From: Cyanobacteriota bacterium
Lineage (GTDB): Bacteria > Cyanobacteriota > Cyanobacteriia > PCC-6307 > Cyanobiaceae
Direction: 5' to 3'
Length of the DNA stretch: 64,000 nucleotides
NCBI GenBank assembly: GCA_046052125.1
Contig: JBJOMY010000006.1
Coordinates: forward strand, 32,001 to 96,000
Below, piece by piece: positions 8,637 through 17,476 of the stretch. Made by a program: the position numbers and the translations under genes. Under the pieces are notes generated by a model that was given only the letters and a program-made list of their open reading frames with translations, was not told the origin of the DNA and did not search any database. Numbering within the stretch: position 1 is the stretch's first letter; each line of letters starts with the position of its first letter.

Positions 8637-9288
8637 ATGCCCAGTAGCGGGTGTGCAGAAACAGCCCCACCGACATCAGCACTTCGATGCCCTCCTGGTC
8701 GTTGCGAATGCGCTCGGCGTGGCTGATCCAGCTGAGATCGAAATAGGTGTAAAACAGCGCCACGATCAGGAAATAGAGGCTGTAGCGGCGGGCGGGCCAA
8801 GCCTCAATCCGCGGCATCCAACGCCAGCCGGCAAAGCCAAAGAACAAGCCCGCAGCGATAAACGACACGTGCAAGTAGTTCTGCACCGCCGGCAAGTTGT
8901 GGATATTGGTTTCCTTCTGGGCATTCACCTCACGCAACGCTTCCACACCCCAGCCATGGATGCGCTCACCCCAGCTGATCTCTTCTGAGGCCACATAGAA
9001 CAGAAACAGCGTGAGCAACAGCCACGCCAGGAACTGCAGCGAACGCCACTGCCGGCGGCGCAGCCACAGCACCCGCAAACTGCAAACGCAGGAACCGGCA
9101 TAGGCCGCAAACTGCAGCCACTCGGCCGGTCCGTCCTCGCCCGTGGTCCAGGCTTCGAACACCCCGAAGGGCAGGAAATACACCAGCCCGTAGAGCACCA
9201 GCATGTAAATCAGGGGTGCCAGATCCACCGCCGGGGTGAGGCTGCCCCAGGCGGTGTGGATCGTGCGCGGCTGCCGCTCCGTGCTCAT
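8578..9288 (-). CDS. Conserved hypothetical multi-pass membrane protein
   Basis: About 6 hydrophobic segments with polar motifs GEDGPAEWLQ, EEISWGER, ETNIHN. Confidence 0.7.
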   Translation of the reverse strand: MSTERQPRTIHTAWGSLTPAVDLAPLIYMLVLYGLVYFLPFGVFEAWTTGEDGPAEWLQFAAYAGSCVCSLRVLWLRRRQWRSLQFLAWLLLTLFLFYVASEEISWGERIHGWGVEALREVNAQKETNIHNLPAVQNYLHVSFIAAGLFFGFAGWRWMPRIEAWPARRYSLYFLIVALFYTYFDLSWISHAERIRNDQEGIEVLMSVGLFLHTRYWAFSAASRSPATDPAAVEPGD

Positions 9289-9385
9289 GCAACGCCTCAA
9301 CCTTTCCGGAACCTTAAGGCTGCGTTAACAGCGCAGATGCTTTGCTGATTCACAGCACTCGCGCCCGGTCGATCGGGCTTGCCGG

Positions 9386-10381
9386 ATGACCAGCCCCCCG
9401 AGCGCCGCACCAACGCAGAGCCTCTGGGTAGTGGCCGCCTGCTTTAACGAGGCGGCAGGCATTCGGGCCTTCATTGCAGCGATCGAGGCGCTGGGGCTGG
9501 TGGAGCGGCTGCTACTGATCGACGACGGCTCCCGTGATCAGACCGCAGCGGTGGTGCGGGCCGAAATTGAAGCCAGGCGCGCCCACCCCCAGGCCCTCTC
9601 CCTCAGCCTGATCGAGCTCACCCGCAATTTCGGCAAGGAGGCGGCGATGCTCGCCGGCCTCGATCAGGCCCGCGACCGCTGCGACGCGGTGGTATTGATC
9701 GATGCCGACCTGCAACACCCCCCGGAGCTGATTCCCGAGATGGTGCGGCGCTGGCAGGAGGGGGCCGAGATGGTGACCGCCATCCGCAGCGCCGAGGATC
9801 AGGAATCACCCCTGAAGATCATCAGCGCAACGGGGTTTTATCGCCTGTTCAACCGCCTCACCGATTCGGTGCAACTGGTGGATGGTGCCGGCGATTTCCG
9901 CCTGCTCAGTCAGCCGGTGGTGCGGGCCCTCACCGACATGCGCGAAGGCACTCGCTTCTCCAAGGCGCTCTTTCCCTGGACCGGCTTTCGCAGCGTGGAC
10001 ATCAGCTACGACCGGCCCGAGCGCAGCAGTGGTGCCACCACCTGGAACATGCGCCGGCTGGTGAGCTACGCCCTCGATGGCATCTTCAGCTTCTCGGTTC
10101 TACCGCTGCGGATCTGGATCGGCGTGGGCACCGTGATCTCGCTGATCAGCCTGGTGTACGCCCTGGTGCTCGTGATCAGCACCCTGCAGCACGGCATCGA
10201 TGTGCCTGGCTACGCCTCCTTGATCGTGGCGGTGCTGTTTCTGGGGGGCGTGCAGCTGATCGGGATCGGCATCCTCGGCGAATACATCGGCCGCATCTTT
10301 GAGGAGAGCAAGCGACGGCCGCCCTACCTGGTGCGCCGCATCAGCGCCTCGGCCTCCCGCTCCCGCCAAGGCGAGGCATAA
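9386..10381 (+). CDS. GT2 polyprenyl-phosphate glycosyltransferase (GtrB/ArnC-like)
   Basis: FNE, IDDGSRD, RNFGKEAAMLAG, IDADLQHPPELI, GDFRL, two C-terminal TMs, GEYIGRIF. Confidence 0.9.
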   Translation: MTSPPSAAPTQSLWVVAACFNEAAGIRAFIAAIEALGLVERLLLIDDGSRDQTAAVVRAEIEARRAHPQALSLSLIELTRNFGKEAAMLAGLDQARDRCDAVVLIDADLQHPPELIPEMVRRWQEGAEMVTAIRSAEDQESPLKIISATGFYRLFNRLTDSVQLVDGAGDFRLLSQPVVRALTDMREGTRFSKALFPWTGFRSVDISYDRPERSSGATTWNMRRLVSYALDGIFSFSVLPLRIWIGVGTVISLISLVYALVLVISTLQHGIDVPGYASLIVAVLFLGGVQLIGIGILGEYIGRIFEESKRRPPYLVRRISASASRSRQGEA

Positions 10382-11616
10382 AAACTGCGCGACAGCGGAT
10401 AGGCGGCGAGCTCCGGTGCATCGGCTGGGCAGCCCTCAGCGGGATGGGCCAGCACCAGCCCGCCCCGCGCGCCAAGTCTCCGACTGGCCGCAGCCAGAAC
10501 GGCTACGTCCATCAGGCCGGTGAACAGCACGCCAGAGAAGCCGCTATTGGTGGCGATGCCGCGGCGGGCGAGCTCCTGGGCCCGGCCACTGTTGAGCATC
10601 CGCAGCAGCAGCCATTTGATCGGGCCCAGGCTCCGCAAACTGCCCCACCAAGTCGCCAGCGGGATGCCTCGCCACAGCCAGGGCTCCTGCAAGGTGCGGA
10701 TCCACACAGGCCTCAGCGCCGAAGGTAGCTCCCGCACTTGCTCCCAAACCAAGGGGGTCAGGTGCACATGCTGATGCCCATCCAAAGCCAGGGGCCGGCC
10801 AGGGAACAGCTCCTGAAAGCGCCGCACTTGGGCCTGAAGTTCACAGCTCAGCTGGCGAGCCAGCCGCCGCCGAAGCGACCACCAGGGCGGCAGGCAGCCG
10901 AGCAGCAGCAGGCGCCCAAAGCTCAAGGCCAATCGGCCCTCGGAATCCAGGAGATCAGGCACCTCCAAAGGATCCGTGGCAGGAAGCCCTTCACTGAGGC
11001 ACAGATGCAGGGCCACCTCTAAGCCGGACCGAAGCGCGCAGGCTCCGGCAGCCGCCTCTGCCGCCGGAGCCGCCACCAACACGCTGGCGGAATCCAAGGC
11101 TCCGGCGTCATGGAGGCGCAGGATCGTGGCATTCACCGCCGGATGCAGGCCCAGGTCGTCGGCGTGAAAACGCAGGGGAGGCACCGCTGGATCGGGGTTG
11201 AGTTCGGCAGGGGCCGCCTGGCGCTCGCGGCGGCCACGGCTATGGCGCGCTGCCAAAGACCAAATCAGATAGTTGATGGCCGTGGGAGTGAACACCATCA
11301 GGGCGGTCCCTGCGGCGGTGAGCGCCCAGCGGCCCAGCAAGCCAGGCAACAGCAGACTCACCAACACATTGAGGCTGATCTGAATGAACAGCCAGCGCCG
11401 CGGAAAGGGTGCACCACCGGTGTGCTCCCGGAACGTGAATAGCGCATGGGCCAGATAGCCCCAACACGAGGCCAAGAGGAAGCCCGCGAGGTTGGCGAGA
11501 GCCAGCGACCACCCCCAGCGTTCACCCCCCAGCAGCACAAGCGCATGGATAGCGGCGGCCACCCCACCAACGCCGCCGTAACGGATCAGCTCAGCCAGCC
11601 TTGCCGGAACACCCAC
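10324..11616 (-). CDS. Fusion of GtrA-like flippase domain and YdjC/ChbG-family carbohydrate deacetylase
   Basis: N-terminus RYGGVG...ANLAGF...YLAHALFTF (GtrA, 4 TM); C-terminus HADDLG, LHLCLSEG, LDGHQHVH, LAHP (YdjC). Confidence 0.8.
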   Translation of the reverse strand: MGVPARLAELIRYGGVGGVAAAIHALVLLGGERWGWSLALANLAGFLLASCWGYLAHALFTFREHTGGAPFPRRWLFIQISLNVLVSLLLPGLLGRWALTAAGTALMVFTPTAINYLIWSLAARHSRGRRERQAAPAELNPDPAVPPLRFHADDLGLHPAVNATILRLHDAGALDSASVLVAAPAAEAAAGACALRSGLEVALHLCLSEGLPATDPLEVPDLLDSEGRLALSFGRLLLLGCLPPWWSLRRRLARQLSCELQAQVRRFQELFPGRPLALDGHQHVHLTPLVWEQVRELPSALRPVWIRTLQEPWLWRGIPLATWWGSLRSLGPIKWLLLRMLNSGRAQELARRGIATNSGFSGVLFTGLMDVAVLAAASRRLGARGGLVLAHPAEGCPADAPELAAYPLSRSFYASPWREREAEALMRRTR

Positions 11617-11644
11617 AGCCGCTCATGGCCAGCGCCGGCAGCCT

Positions 11645-13087
11645 ATGGGAAGCTCGGCCTCTGAGCATCGATTCATGCAGGAGAGCCAAAGCCTTCCCCC
11701 GCGCAATCTCCTCCTCACCAGTGGGGTGATTGCGCTGCTGTTTTGGGCTTGCGCTGCAGCTCGGCATGCCCTGCTGCAAAGCAACGCCTACGACCTTGGC
11801 CTGTTCGACCAATGGATCTGGCTGCTGAGCCGCGGCCTACCGCCTCTCTCCTCGATGGAGGGGGTGCATTTGTTGGCCGATCACGGCGCCTGGATGCTCT
11901 ACGGCGCAGCACTGCCCTATCGCCTGCTCGGGAGTGTGCAGTGGTTGCTCGCCAGCCAGGCCGCAGCATTGAGCTTCACTGCCCTGCCGCTGTGGTGGGT
12001 GGGCCGTCAGGCAGGCCTGAGTCCGCGGCTCTGCTGGCTGGTCTGCGGCCTGTGGTGGCTGCAGCCGGTGGTCTTCAACGCCAACCTCTTTGATTTTCAC
12101 CCGGAGGTGTGGGTGATGCCGGCCCTGGCCGGCTGCTACTGGGCCAGCCGCGCCGAGCGGCCCTGGCTGTGGTTTGCCCTGCTGCTGCTGCTGCTCGGTA
12201 GCCGCGACGGGCTGGTGCTGGTGGTGGCGGGACTGGGCCTCGAGCAGGGGCTGCGCCGCCGTTGGATCTGGGCCGGCGCCGCCCTCGGCCTGGCGCTGGG
12301 GTGGCTCGCCCTGCTGAATCGCTGGCTCTATCCCCTGCTCAAGGGAAGCGATGCGGGCCCGAAGGCAGCGGGAGCTTTGTTTTCTTACCTGGGCGACAGC
12401 CTGGATGTGGTGCTGGTGAATCTGATCACCCGGCCGGATCTGGTGATCCAGCACGTGGATTGGGCCGGTGGGCTCGTGTATCTGCTGCTGATCAGCGTGG
12501 CCGTGGCGCCGTTCTGGAGAAAGTCCTCACTGCCAGTGCTGCTGGGGGCCCTGCCGCTGGTGCTCGTGAACGTGCTCTCGGAGGAGGCGCCGCAGCGCAC
12601 GCTGGTGCATCACTACAGCCTGCCGGTGGCCGTGATTGTGGTGGTGGCGGCCATCGATGGCCTGGCGCTGCAGCCTCGACAGCCGGTGCCCTGGCGGCGC
12701 TTCGCCTGGAGTGCCCTCTGCTGGGCGGCCCTGGCCAAACCCTGGTTCTTCACCGGGCCCTATCTGGAGCGGGTGGATCAGCTGCCGGCCGTGCAGGAGG
12801 CCATCGCCGCCGTATCGGCCGAAGCGCGCCTGAGCACCACCAGCTATCTCGTGCCGCAGTTGAGCCAACGCAGCCAGGTGAGCTTTCCCCGCACCCGGCG
12901 CGACAAGACCCGCCTTGAGCAACTCGATGCGCTGCTGCTCAATCCGCGTGACCCCGGCTGGGGCTCCTCACGCCAGCGTCAACTGCAACTGCTGCGGCAG
13001 GCCCGAGCCGCCGGTTGGACCTGTCAGCGCTGGGACAATGGCCTCGAGCTCTGCCAGAAAAACGATGCCCCCGGAGAGCGCAGCTAA
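11645..13087 (+). CDS. DUF2079-family membrane protein (second paralog)
   Basis: AYDLGLFDQW, LADHGA, FDFHPE, HHYSLP, TTSYLVPQLSQR; start may be ATG 11675. Confidence 0.78.
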   Translation: MGSSASEHRFMQESQSLPPRNLLLTSGVIALLFWACAAARHALLQSNAYDLGLFDQWIWLLSRGLPPLSSMEGVHLLADHGAWMLYGAALPYRLLGSVQWLLASQAAALSFTALPLWWVGRQAGLSPRLCWLVCGLWWLQPVVFNANLFDFHPEVWVMPALAGCYWASRAERPWLWFALLLLLLGSRDGLVLVVAGLGLEQGLRRRWIWAGAALGLALGWLALLNRWLYPLLKGSDAGPKAAGALFSYLGDSLDVVLVNLITRPDLVIQHVDWAGGLVYLLLISVAVAPFWRKSSLPVLLGALPLVLVNVLSEEAPQRTLVHHYSLPVAVIVVVAAIDGLALQPRQPVPWRRFAWSALCWAALAKPWFFTGPYLERVDQLPAVQEAIAAVSAEARLSTTSYLVPQLSQRSQVSFPRTRRDKTRLEQLDALLLNPRDPGWGSSRQRQLQLLRQARAAGWTCQRWDNGLELCQKNDAPGERS

Positions 13088-13328
13088 TGCTGGCTCTCCG
13101 GGGGCTCTCGCCGGGTCCGCTATGGCGCGGAACCGATTGATCTAGGAATCAGGCGCCGTAATCAGCCGGCGTTCTCCGCGATCAGCAGACCCTGCATGGA
13201 ACAACTGTGACTCACGTGCACCTCCTCCTTGGGGGATTGATGTCAACCGGCGATGCATTCGGCACCTGCGAAGCGCGAACGCTGCACAGAAGCCACATCA
13301 CTGCTGACGGAACTCGCACACACTAACG

Positions 13329-13356
13329 AAAAAGCCCCGCCGGAGCGGGGCTTTTT
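13329..13356. terminator. Bidirectional Rho-independent terminator downstream of psaL
   Basis: AAAAA-GCCCCGC-CGGA-GCGGGGC-TTTTT. Confidence 0.85.
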
Positions 13357-13392
13357 GCAATCGAACCAGCGAAGGCGCGAGTTGGGCTGATC

Positions 13393-13884
13393 TCAGCCGA
13401 CGCTCCAGACGCCACCGGCGATCTTCACCAGGGGAGACACGATGGTGGTGCCGGCGAGGAACCAGGCGAAAGCTGCGCCGCCGCAACCGCCGAGCCAGAA
13501 GCCGCTGGCGAACTCAGCCCAGCCAGCCTTGGTGAACAGATCGGCAGGGGGGTTGTCGATGGTGGCGTCAGCGGGCTGCACGTTGGGGCCGCGACCAGCG
13601 GTGCCGTAGATCGAGAGGCACACGGTGAGGATCGACACCAGACCCACAGCCGCCAGCAGACCGGCGGTGCTGGCGTATTCAGTGGCGCGCAGCGGGCCAG
13701 TGATGGCGAAGGGGCCGTAAAGGAAGAAGCCATGGGCCATTCCCACTTCCAAACCGCGACGGTTGGGGGAGAGGGAGGGGCGGTAGGCCGGCAGCGCGTT
13801 CAGAAAAGCGCGGCTGAAGTAGCTGCTGTTAACAGGGGTGGCCAGATTGCCGACGCAGGGGTCGGCGACAGGGGTCACGGTCAT
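13393..13884 (-). CDS. psaL: Photosystem I subunit XI
   Basis: [11 protein letters not shown]...[27 protein letters not shown]...GPLR. Confidence 0.97.
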   Translation of the reverse strand: MTVTPVADPCVGNLATPVNSSYFSRAFLNALPAYRPSLSPNRRGLEVGMAHGFFLYGPFAITGPLRATEYASTAGLLAAVGLVSILTVCLSIYGTAGRGPNVQPADATIDNPPADLFTKAGWAEFASGFWLGGCGGAAFAWFLAGTTIVSPLVKIAGGVWSVG

Positions 13885-13926
13885 CGGTGCAATGAAGGTG
13901 GTTGGCTGAGATGAAGCGGCGACGGC

Positions 13927-14043
13927 TCAGTCGCGGGCTTCGATCACGTTGAACAGCAGGGCCATGGCCACCGCAGGACCCAGGATCCCGACAATGGGCA
14001 CGAACACCGAGGGCATCCAGGCGGCGACGAAGTCTCCGGTCAT
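13927..14043 (-). CDS. psaI: Photosystem I subunit VIII
   Basis: Manual translation MTGDFVAAWMPSVFVPIVGILGPAVAMALLFNVIEARD, directly upstream of psaL. Confidence 0.95.
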   Translation of the reverse strand: MTGDFVAAWMPSVFVPIVGILGPAVAMALLFNVIEARD

Positions 14044-14138
14044 CAGCGTGGGCCAATACAGCTACCGTTCGGCAGTGTAAGGAGCCCGTTCGGAACTGCT
14101 TTCAAGCGGCGGAAGGGGCGACATAAAAGTTCAGACCC

Positions 14139-14621
14139 ATGACTCAGGCCCTCTCCGGAGCAGCAATCGCCGCCGTGATCGCGGCCTGCTGGCTGTTAGG
14201 CCGGCGGCGGCCCACGATCCTGAAATCCACCGATGCCTCAGCGGTGGCGGCACTCAACCGCAGCCGGATGGAACTGGTGCTCCCGAAGGACACCCAGGAC
14301 TCAACGCCCGAAGCCGACGCTCCCGTCCTCGACTCTCGGGTTTTGCCCGCGCCCGCTGATCTGCGCGGCCGGCGGCAGCTGTTCGCCCAGCTGGAGCAGC
14401 AATTTCAAGCCGGTGGTGAGCAGCGGGTGCAGGCGCTGGCGGTGTGCAGCGCCTGGCGCCACCGCGATGCCCTACCGCTGATCCGCCGCGGCCTACGCGA
14501 CAGCGACTGCCAGGTGGCGGCTCTCGCCGCTGAAGCCATGGCCCATTTCCGGGGCCGCAGCGCTGCAGCGCCTCAGCCTGCCCCCGCCAAAGCACCGCGC
14601 AACGTTTCGCGCACCCGGTAG
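14139..14621 (+). CDS. Membrane-anchored HEAT-repeat-like hypothetical protein
   Basis: N-terminal TM; ALPLIRRGLRDSDCQVAALAAEAM resembles a HEAT/PBS repeat. Confidence 0.65.
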   Translation: MTQALSGAAIAAVIAACWLLGRRRPTILKSTDASAVAALNRSRMELVLPKDTQDSTPEADAPVLDSRVLPAPADLRGRRQLFAQLEQQFQAGGEQRVQALAVCSAWRHRDALPLIRRGLRDSDCQVAALAAEAMAHFRGRSAAAPQPAPAKAPRNVSRTR

Positions 14622-15559
14622 ATGGGCCGGCCCTGGCTCTCGTGATAGGTGCGCATCTGCAGCTCGGCCAGCAGGCCAAAGCAGAACAACTGCACCCCAG
14701 CGATTAAAGCGAGCACGGCCACCAACAGCAGCGGCCGATCACCGATCTCCGCCCCCATCAGCTTCTCCACCAGTAGGTAGGCGCTGAGCACCGCGCCCAG
14801 GGCGATCCCCACCAGGCCGCCGAAGCCGAACACGTACATCGGCCGGGTGAGGAAGCGCTTCATGAACCACACGGTGAGCAGATCCATCAGCACCCGGAAG
14901 GTGCGGTCGATGCCGTACTTGCTCTGCCCGAACTGGCGGGCGTTGTGGTTCACCTTCACCTCGCTGATCCGGGCTCCCTCGATGAAGGCCAGGGCCGGCA
15001 GGAAGCGATGCAGCTCGCCGTAGAGGTTCATGTCTTCCACCAGCTCGCGGCGATAAGCCTTGAGGGAACAGCCGTAGTCGTGCAGCTGCACACCCGTGAC
15101 CCGGGCGATCAGACGGTTGGCGATCTTGCTCGGCAGCAGGCGGCTCACGGCGTTGTCCTGGCGTTGATGGCGCCAACCGCTCACCAGGTCGTAGCCCTGC
15201 TCCAGCTGCTCCAGCAGCATCGGGATATCAGCAGGATCGTTCTGCAGATCGCCATCGAGGGTCACGATCACCTCGCCGCGACTGGCATCGAAACCGGCCG
15301 ACATTGCTGGGGTCTGGCCGTAATTGCGGCGCAGCAGCACCGCCACCAGCTCAGGCGTCTGGGCCGCCAATTGCTTCAACACCGCTGCGGTGCCATCGCT
15401 GGAGCCGTCGTCCACCAGCACCAGCTCAAACGGTCGCCCCAACGGCCGCAGGGCCGCCAGCAGCCGCTCCACCAACAGCGGCAGGCTCTCCTCCTCATTG
15501 AACAGAGGCACCACGATCGAGAGCTGCGGCGCAGCGAGGCAGTCGGCGCTAACGCTCAC
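14573..15559 (-). CDS. GT2 glycosyltransferase (ArnC/DPM1-like)
   Basis: LSIVVPLFNEEE, VDDGSSD, RRNYGQT, LDGDLQNDPADIP, HDYGCSLKAYR, GELHRF; start approximate. Confidence 0.9.
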   Translation of the reverse strand: MSVSADCLAAPQLSIVVPLFNEEESLPLLVERLLAALRPLGRPFELVLVDDGSSDGTAAVLKQLAAQTPELVAVLLRRNYGQTPAMSAGFDASRGEVIVTLDGDLQNDPADIPMLLEQLEQGYDLVSGWRHQRQDNAVSRLLPSKIANRLIARVTGVQLHDYGCSLKAYRRELVEDMNLYGELHRFLPALAFIEGARISEVKVNHNARQFGQSKYGIDRTFRVLMDLLTVWFMKRFLTRPMYVFGFGGLVGIALGAVLSAYLLVEKLMGAEIGDRPLLLVAVLALIAGVQLFCFGLLAELQMRTYHESQGRPIYRVRETLRGALAGAG

Positions 15560-15611
15560 GGGATCGGGCTTCCACTGGCCAGAACCGTAGGTGAACGCAC
15601 CCAAAAGCCGA

Positions 15612-16364
15612 TTAAGGAAGGCTGCTGCCGTCGTGGCAACGCACCACCCGGCCGCCGCCGCGCAGCTCACGCCGGTAGTGCACGCCCACCGGATCCTGCA
15701 GCTGCAGATCCAGGCCATCGATGCCGATGCCATTGCGGCCGCACTCCCGGCCGGAGCTGTGGAGGTAGCGCCCTGCACCCACGTAGAGCCCCACATGGGT
15801 GCAGCGCTGCGGACGCCCGAAGAAGATCAGATCGCCGGGCCTGAGCAGGCTGTAGCAACCCGGCTGCACCGCCACCGGCTGGCAGAAGCGCTCCTGCTGG
15901 TAGGCATCGCGGGGAAGCCAGATGCCCGCACTGGCAAAAGCGGCCTGCACCAGGCCTGAGCAATCGAAATCGGGGCCGAGCGTTCCACCCCACAAATACT
16001 GATTGGGCTGCTGGCGTGCCCGCTCGGCAAAGGCGAGCACCGCGGGCAGCGCTCTGCTGATCTGCGCGGCATCGAGCAGCAAGGGCTGGGGGGGCCGGCA
16101 GGCGCGGGCGTGGCCCAAGAGCTGGCGGGGGTTCACCCAGCCGGGATAGCCGTCTTCCAGCAGCCGCACCCGCAAGCGTGAAGCGCCGGGCTGCAAGCCA
16201 TCCACCACCGTGAAACAGCGGCCGGCAGCTGCCTGGGTGGCCAAGCCGGGACCAGACCAATGGCTGGTGAGATCTAGCGGAGCCGTGAGGCGCCAGCTGC
16301 TGCCGGGCTGAAGCAGCTCCAGCGCCACCGGTGTGCCCTCAGCCAACCTGCCTAATCTCGCCAT
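15612..16364 (-). CDS. NlpC/P60 (C40) cell-wall peptidase
   Basis: YLWGG...DCSGLVQ...LPRDAYQQ...GDLIFF...HVGLY...YLHSSG. Confidence 0.9.
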   Translation of the reverse strand: MARLGRLAEGTPVALELLQPGSSWRLTAPLDLTSHWSGPGLATQAAAGRCFTVVDGLQPGASRLRVRLLEDGYPGWVNPRQLLGHARACRPPQPLLLDAAQISRALPAVLAFAERARQQPNQYLWGGTLGPDFDCSGLVQAAFASAGIWLPRDAYQQERFCQPVAVQPGCYSLLRPGDLIFFGRPQRCTHVGLYVGAGRYLHSSGRECGRNGIGIDGLDLQLQDPVGVHYRRELRGGGRVVRCHDGSSLP

Positions 16365-16381
16365 TACCCCCTTTGGCTGCG

Positions 16382-17308
16382 ATGGCGTTCTACTGCCCGG
16401 ATGGGGCGATGGCCCAACAGCTGGAGGCCACCATCGCGGCGCTGGCGGCGGAAGGACGGCCCGGCCTCCACGAGCAGCTGTCGATCACCTGGCTGCGCTA
16501 CGGCAGCTCCCTGATCGACAGCGCTTCCTCCCGCAGCGATCTGGCCAGCTTCTGGGCCGAGCCGCCCCGCGGCACCAGTTGGCAGGGGAGCCAGCCGCGC
16601 TATCCCGCCAGCGTGGTGAAGCTGCTGTATCTGGTAGCGGCTGAAGCCTGGCTGCAGCGCCAGCTCCTCGACGACACCGCGGAGCTGCGGCGTGCCCTGG
16701 CGGACATGATCCGCGACTCCAGCAACGACGCCACTGGGCTGGTGGTGGATCTGCTCACCGGCACCACCAGCGGCCCAGACCTCCCCGGCGAGGCCTTTGA
16801 GCGCTGGGCGCTGCAACGGCAGCTGGTGAACCAGTGGTGTGAGCAGCTGGCCTGGCCCGAGTGGAGCGGCGGCAATGCCTGCCAGAAAACCTGGGGCGAC
16901 GGCCCCTACGGCCGGGAACGCGCCTTCTACGGCGCCGAGCTGGAGAACCGCAACCGCCTCAGCAGCGATTTCTGCGCCCGTTTGCTGCACGCGGTGATCG
17001 CCGGAGCGCTGGTGTCGCCGCCGGCATGCGGCCGCATGCGCGAGCTGCTGGCGCGCAGCCTCGATCCGGCGGAACGGGCTGCCGATCCGGAGAACCAGGT
17101 GGATGGCTTCCTCGGGGCCGCCCTACCGGCCGAGGCCAGGTTGTGGAGCAAGGCGGGCTGGATGAGCCAAGCCCGCCACGATGCGGCCTACATCGAAGCG
17201 GAAGGTCACCCCCCCACCCTGCTGGTGGTGTTCAGCGAGGGGCGCGCACGGGCTACCGATGAACAGCTCCTACCGGAGCTCTGTGCCCGCTTAATGGCCG
17301 AGCGCTGA
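16382..17308 (+). CDS. Serine hydrolase, class A beta-lactamase-like
   Basis: YPASVVKL (SxxK), SSNDAT (SxN), SKAG (KxG), HDAAY. Confidence 0.85.
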   Translation: MAFYCPDGAMAQQLEATIAALAAEGRPGLHEQLSITWLRYGSSLIDSASSRSDLASFWAEPPRGTSWQGSQPRYPASVVKLLYLVAAEAWLQRQLLDDTAELRRALADMIRDSSNDATGLVVDLLTGTTSGPDLPGEAFERWALQRQLVNQWCEQLAWPEWSGGNACQKTWGDGPYGRERAFYGAELENRNRLSSDFCARLLHAVIAGALVSPPACGRMRELLARSLDPAERAADPENQVDGFLGAALPAEARLWSKAGWMSQARHDAAYIEAEGHPPTLLVVFSEGRARATDEQLLPELCARLMAER

Positions 17309-17320
17309 ACAGTACGCATC

Positions 17321-17348
17321 AAAAAGCCCCCTGTTCAGGGGGCTTTTT
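17321..17348. terminator. Bidirectional Rho-independent terminator
   Basis: AAAAA-GCCCCCTG-TT-CAGGGGGC-TTTTT between convergent hydrolase and tRNA-Ser. Confidence 0.85.
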
Positions 17349-17369
17349 GATCAGGAATCACACCTGGAA

Positions 17370-17458
17370 CGGAGAGGGAGGGATTCGAACCCTCGACAGA
17401 AGTTGCCTCCTGTAACTCCTTAGCAGGGAGCCGCTTTCAACCACTCAGCCACCTCTCC
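17370..17458 (-). tRNA. tRNA-Ser(GCT)
   Basis: GGAGAGGTGGCTGAGTGGTTGAAAGCGGCTCCCT-GCT-AAGGAG, long variable arm, GGTTCGAATCC T-loop. Confidence 0.97.
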
Positions 17459-17476
17459 AGCGGCCAGCAGAGCTTA

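Noticed and set aside
8578..14621. Convergent 3' gene overlaps of 49-59 nt
   Set aside because: Common in compact high-GC genomes; nothing in the sequence indicates a regulatory role.
16382..17308. Beta-lactamase as an acquired resistance gene
   Set aside because: Housekeeping-type serine hydrolase paired with NlpC/P60, host-like composition, no mobile context.
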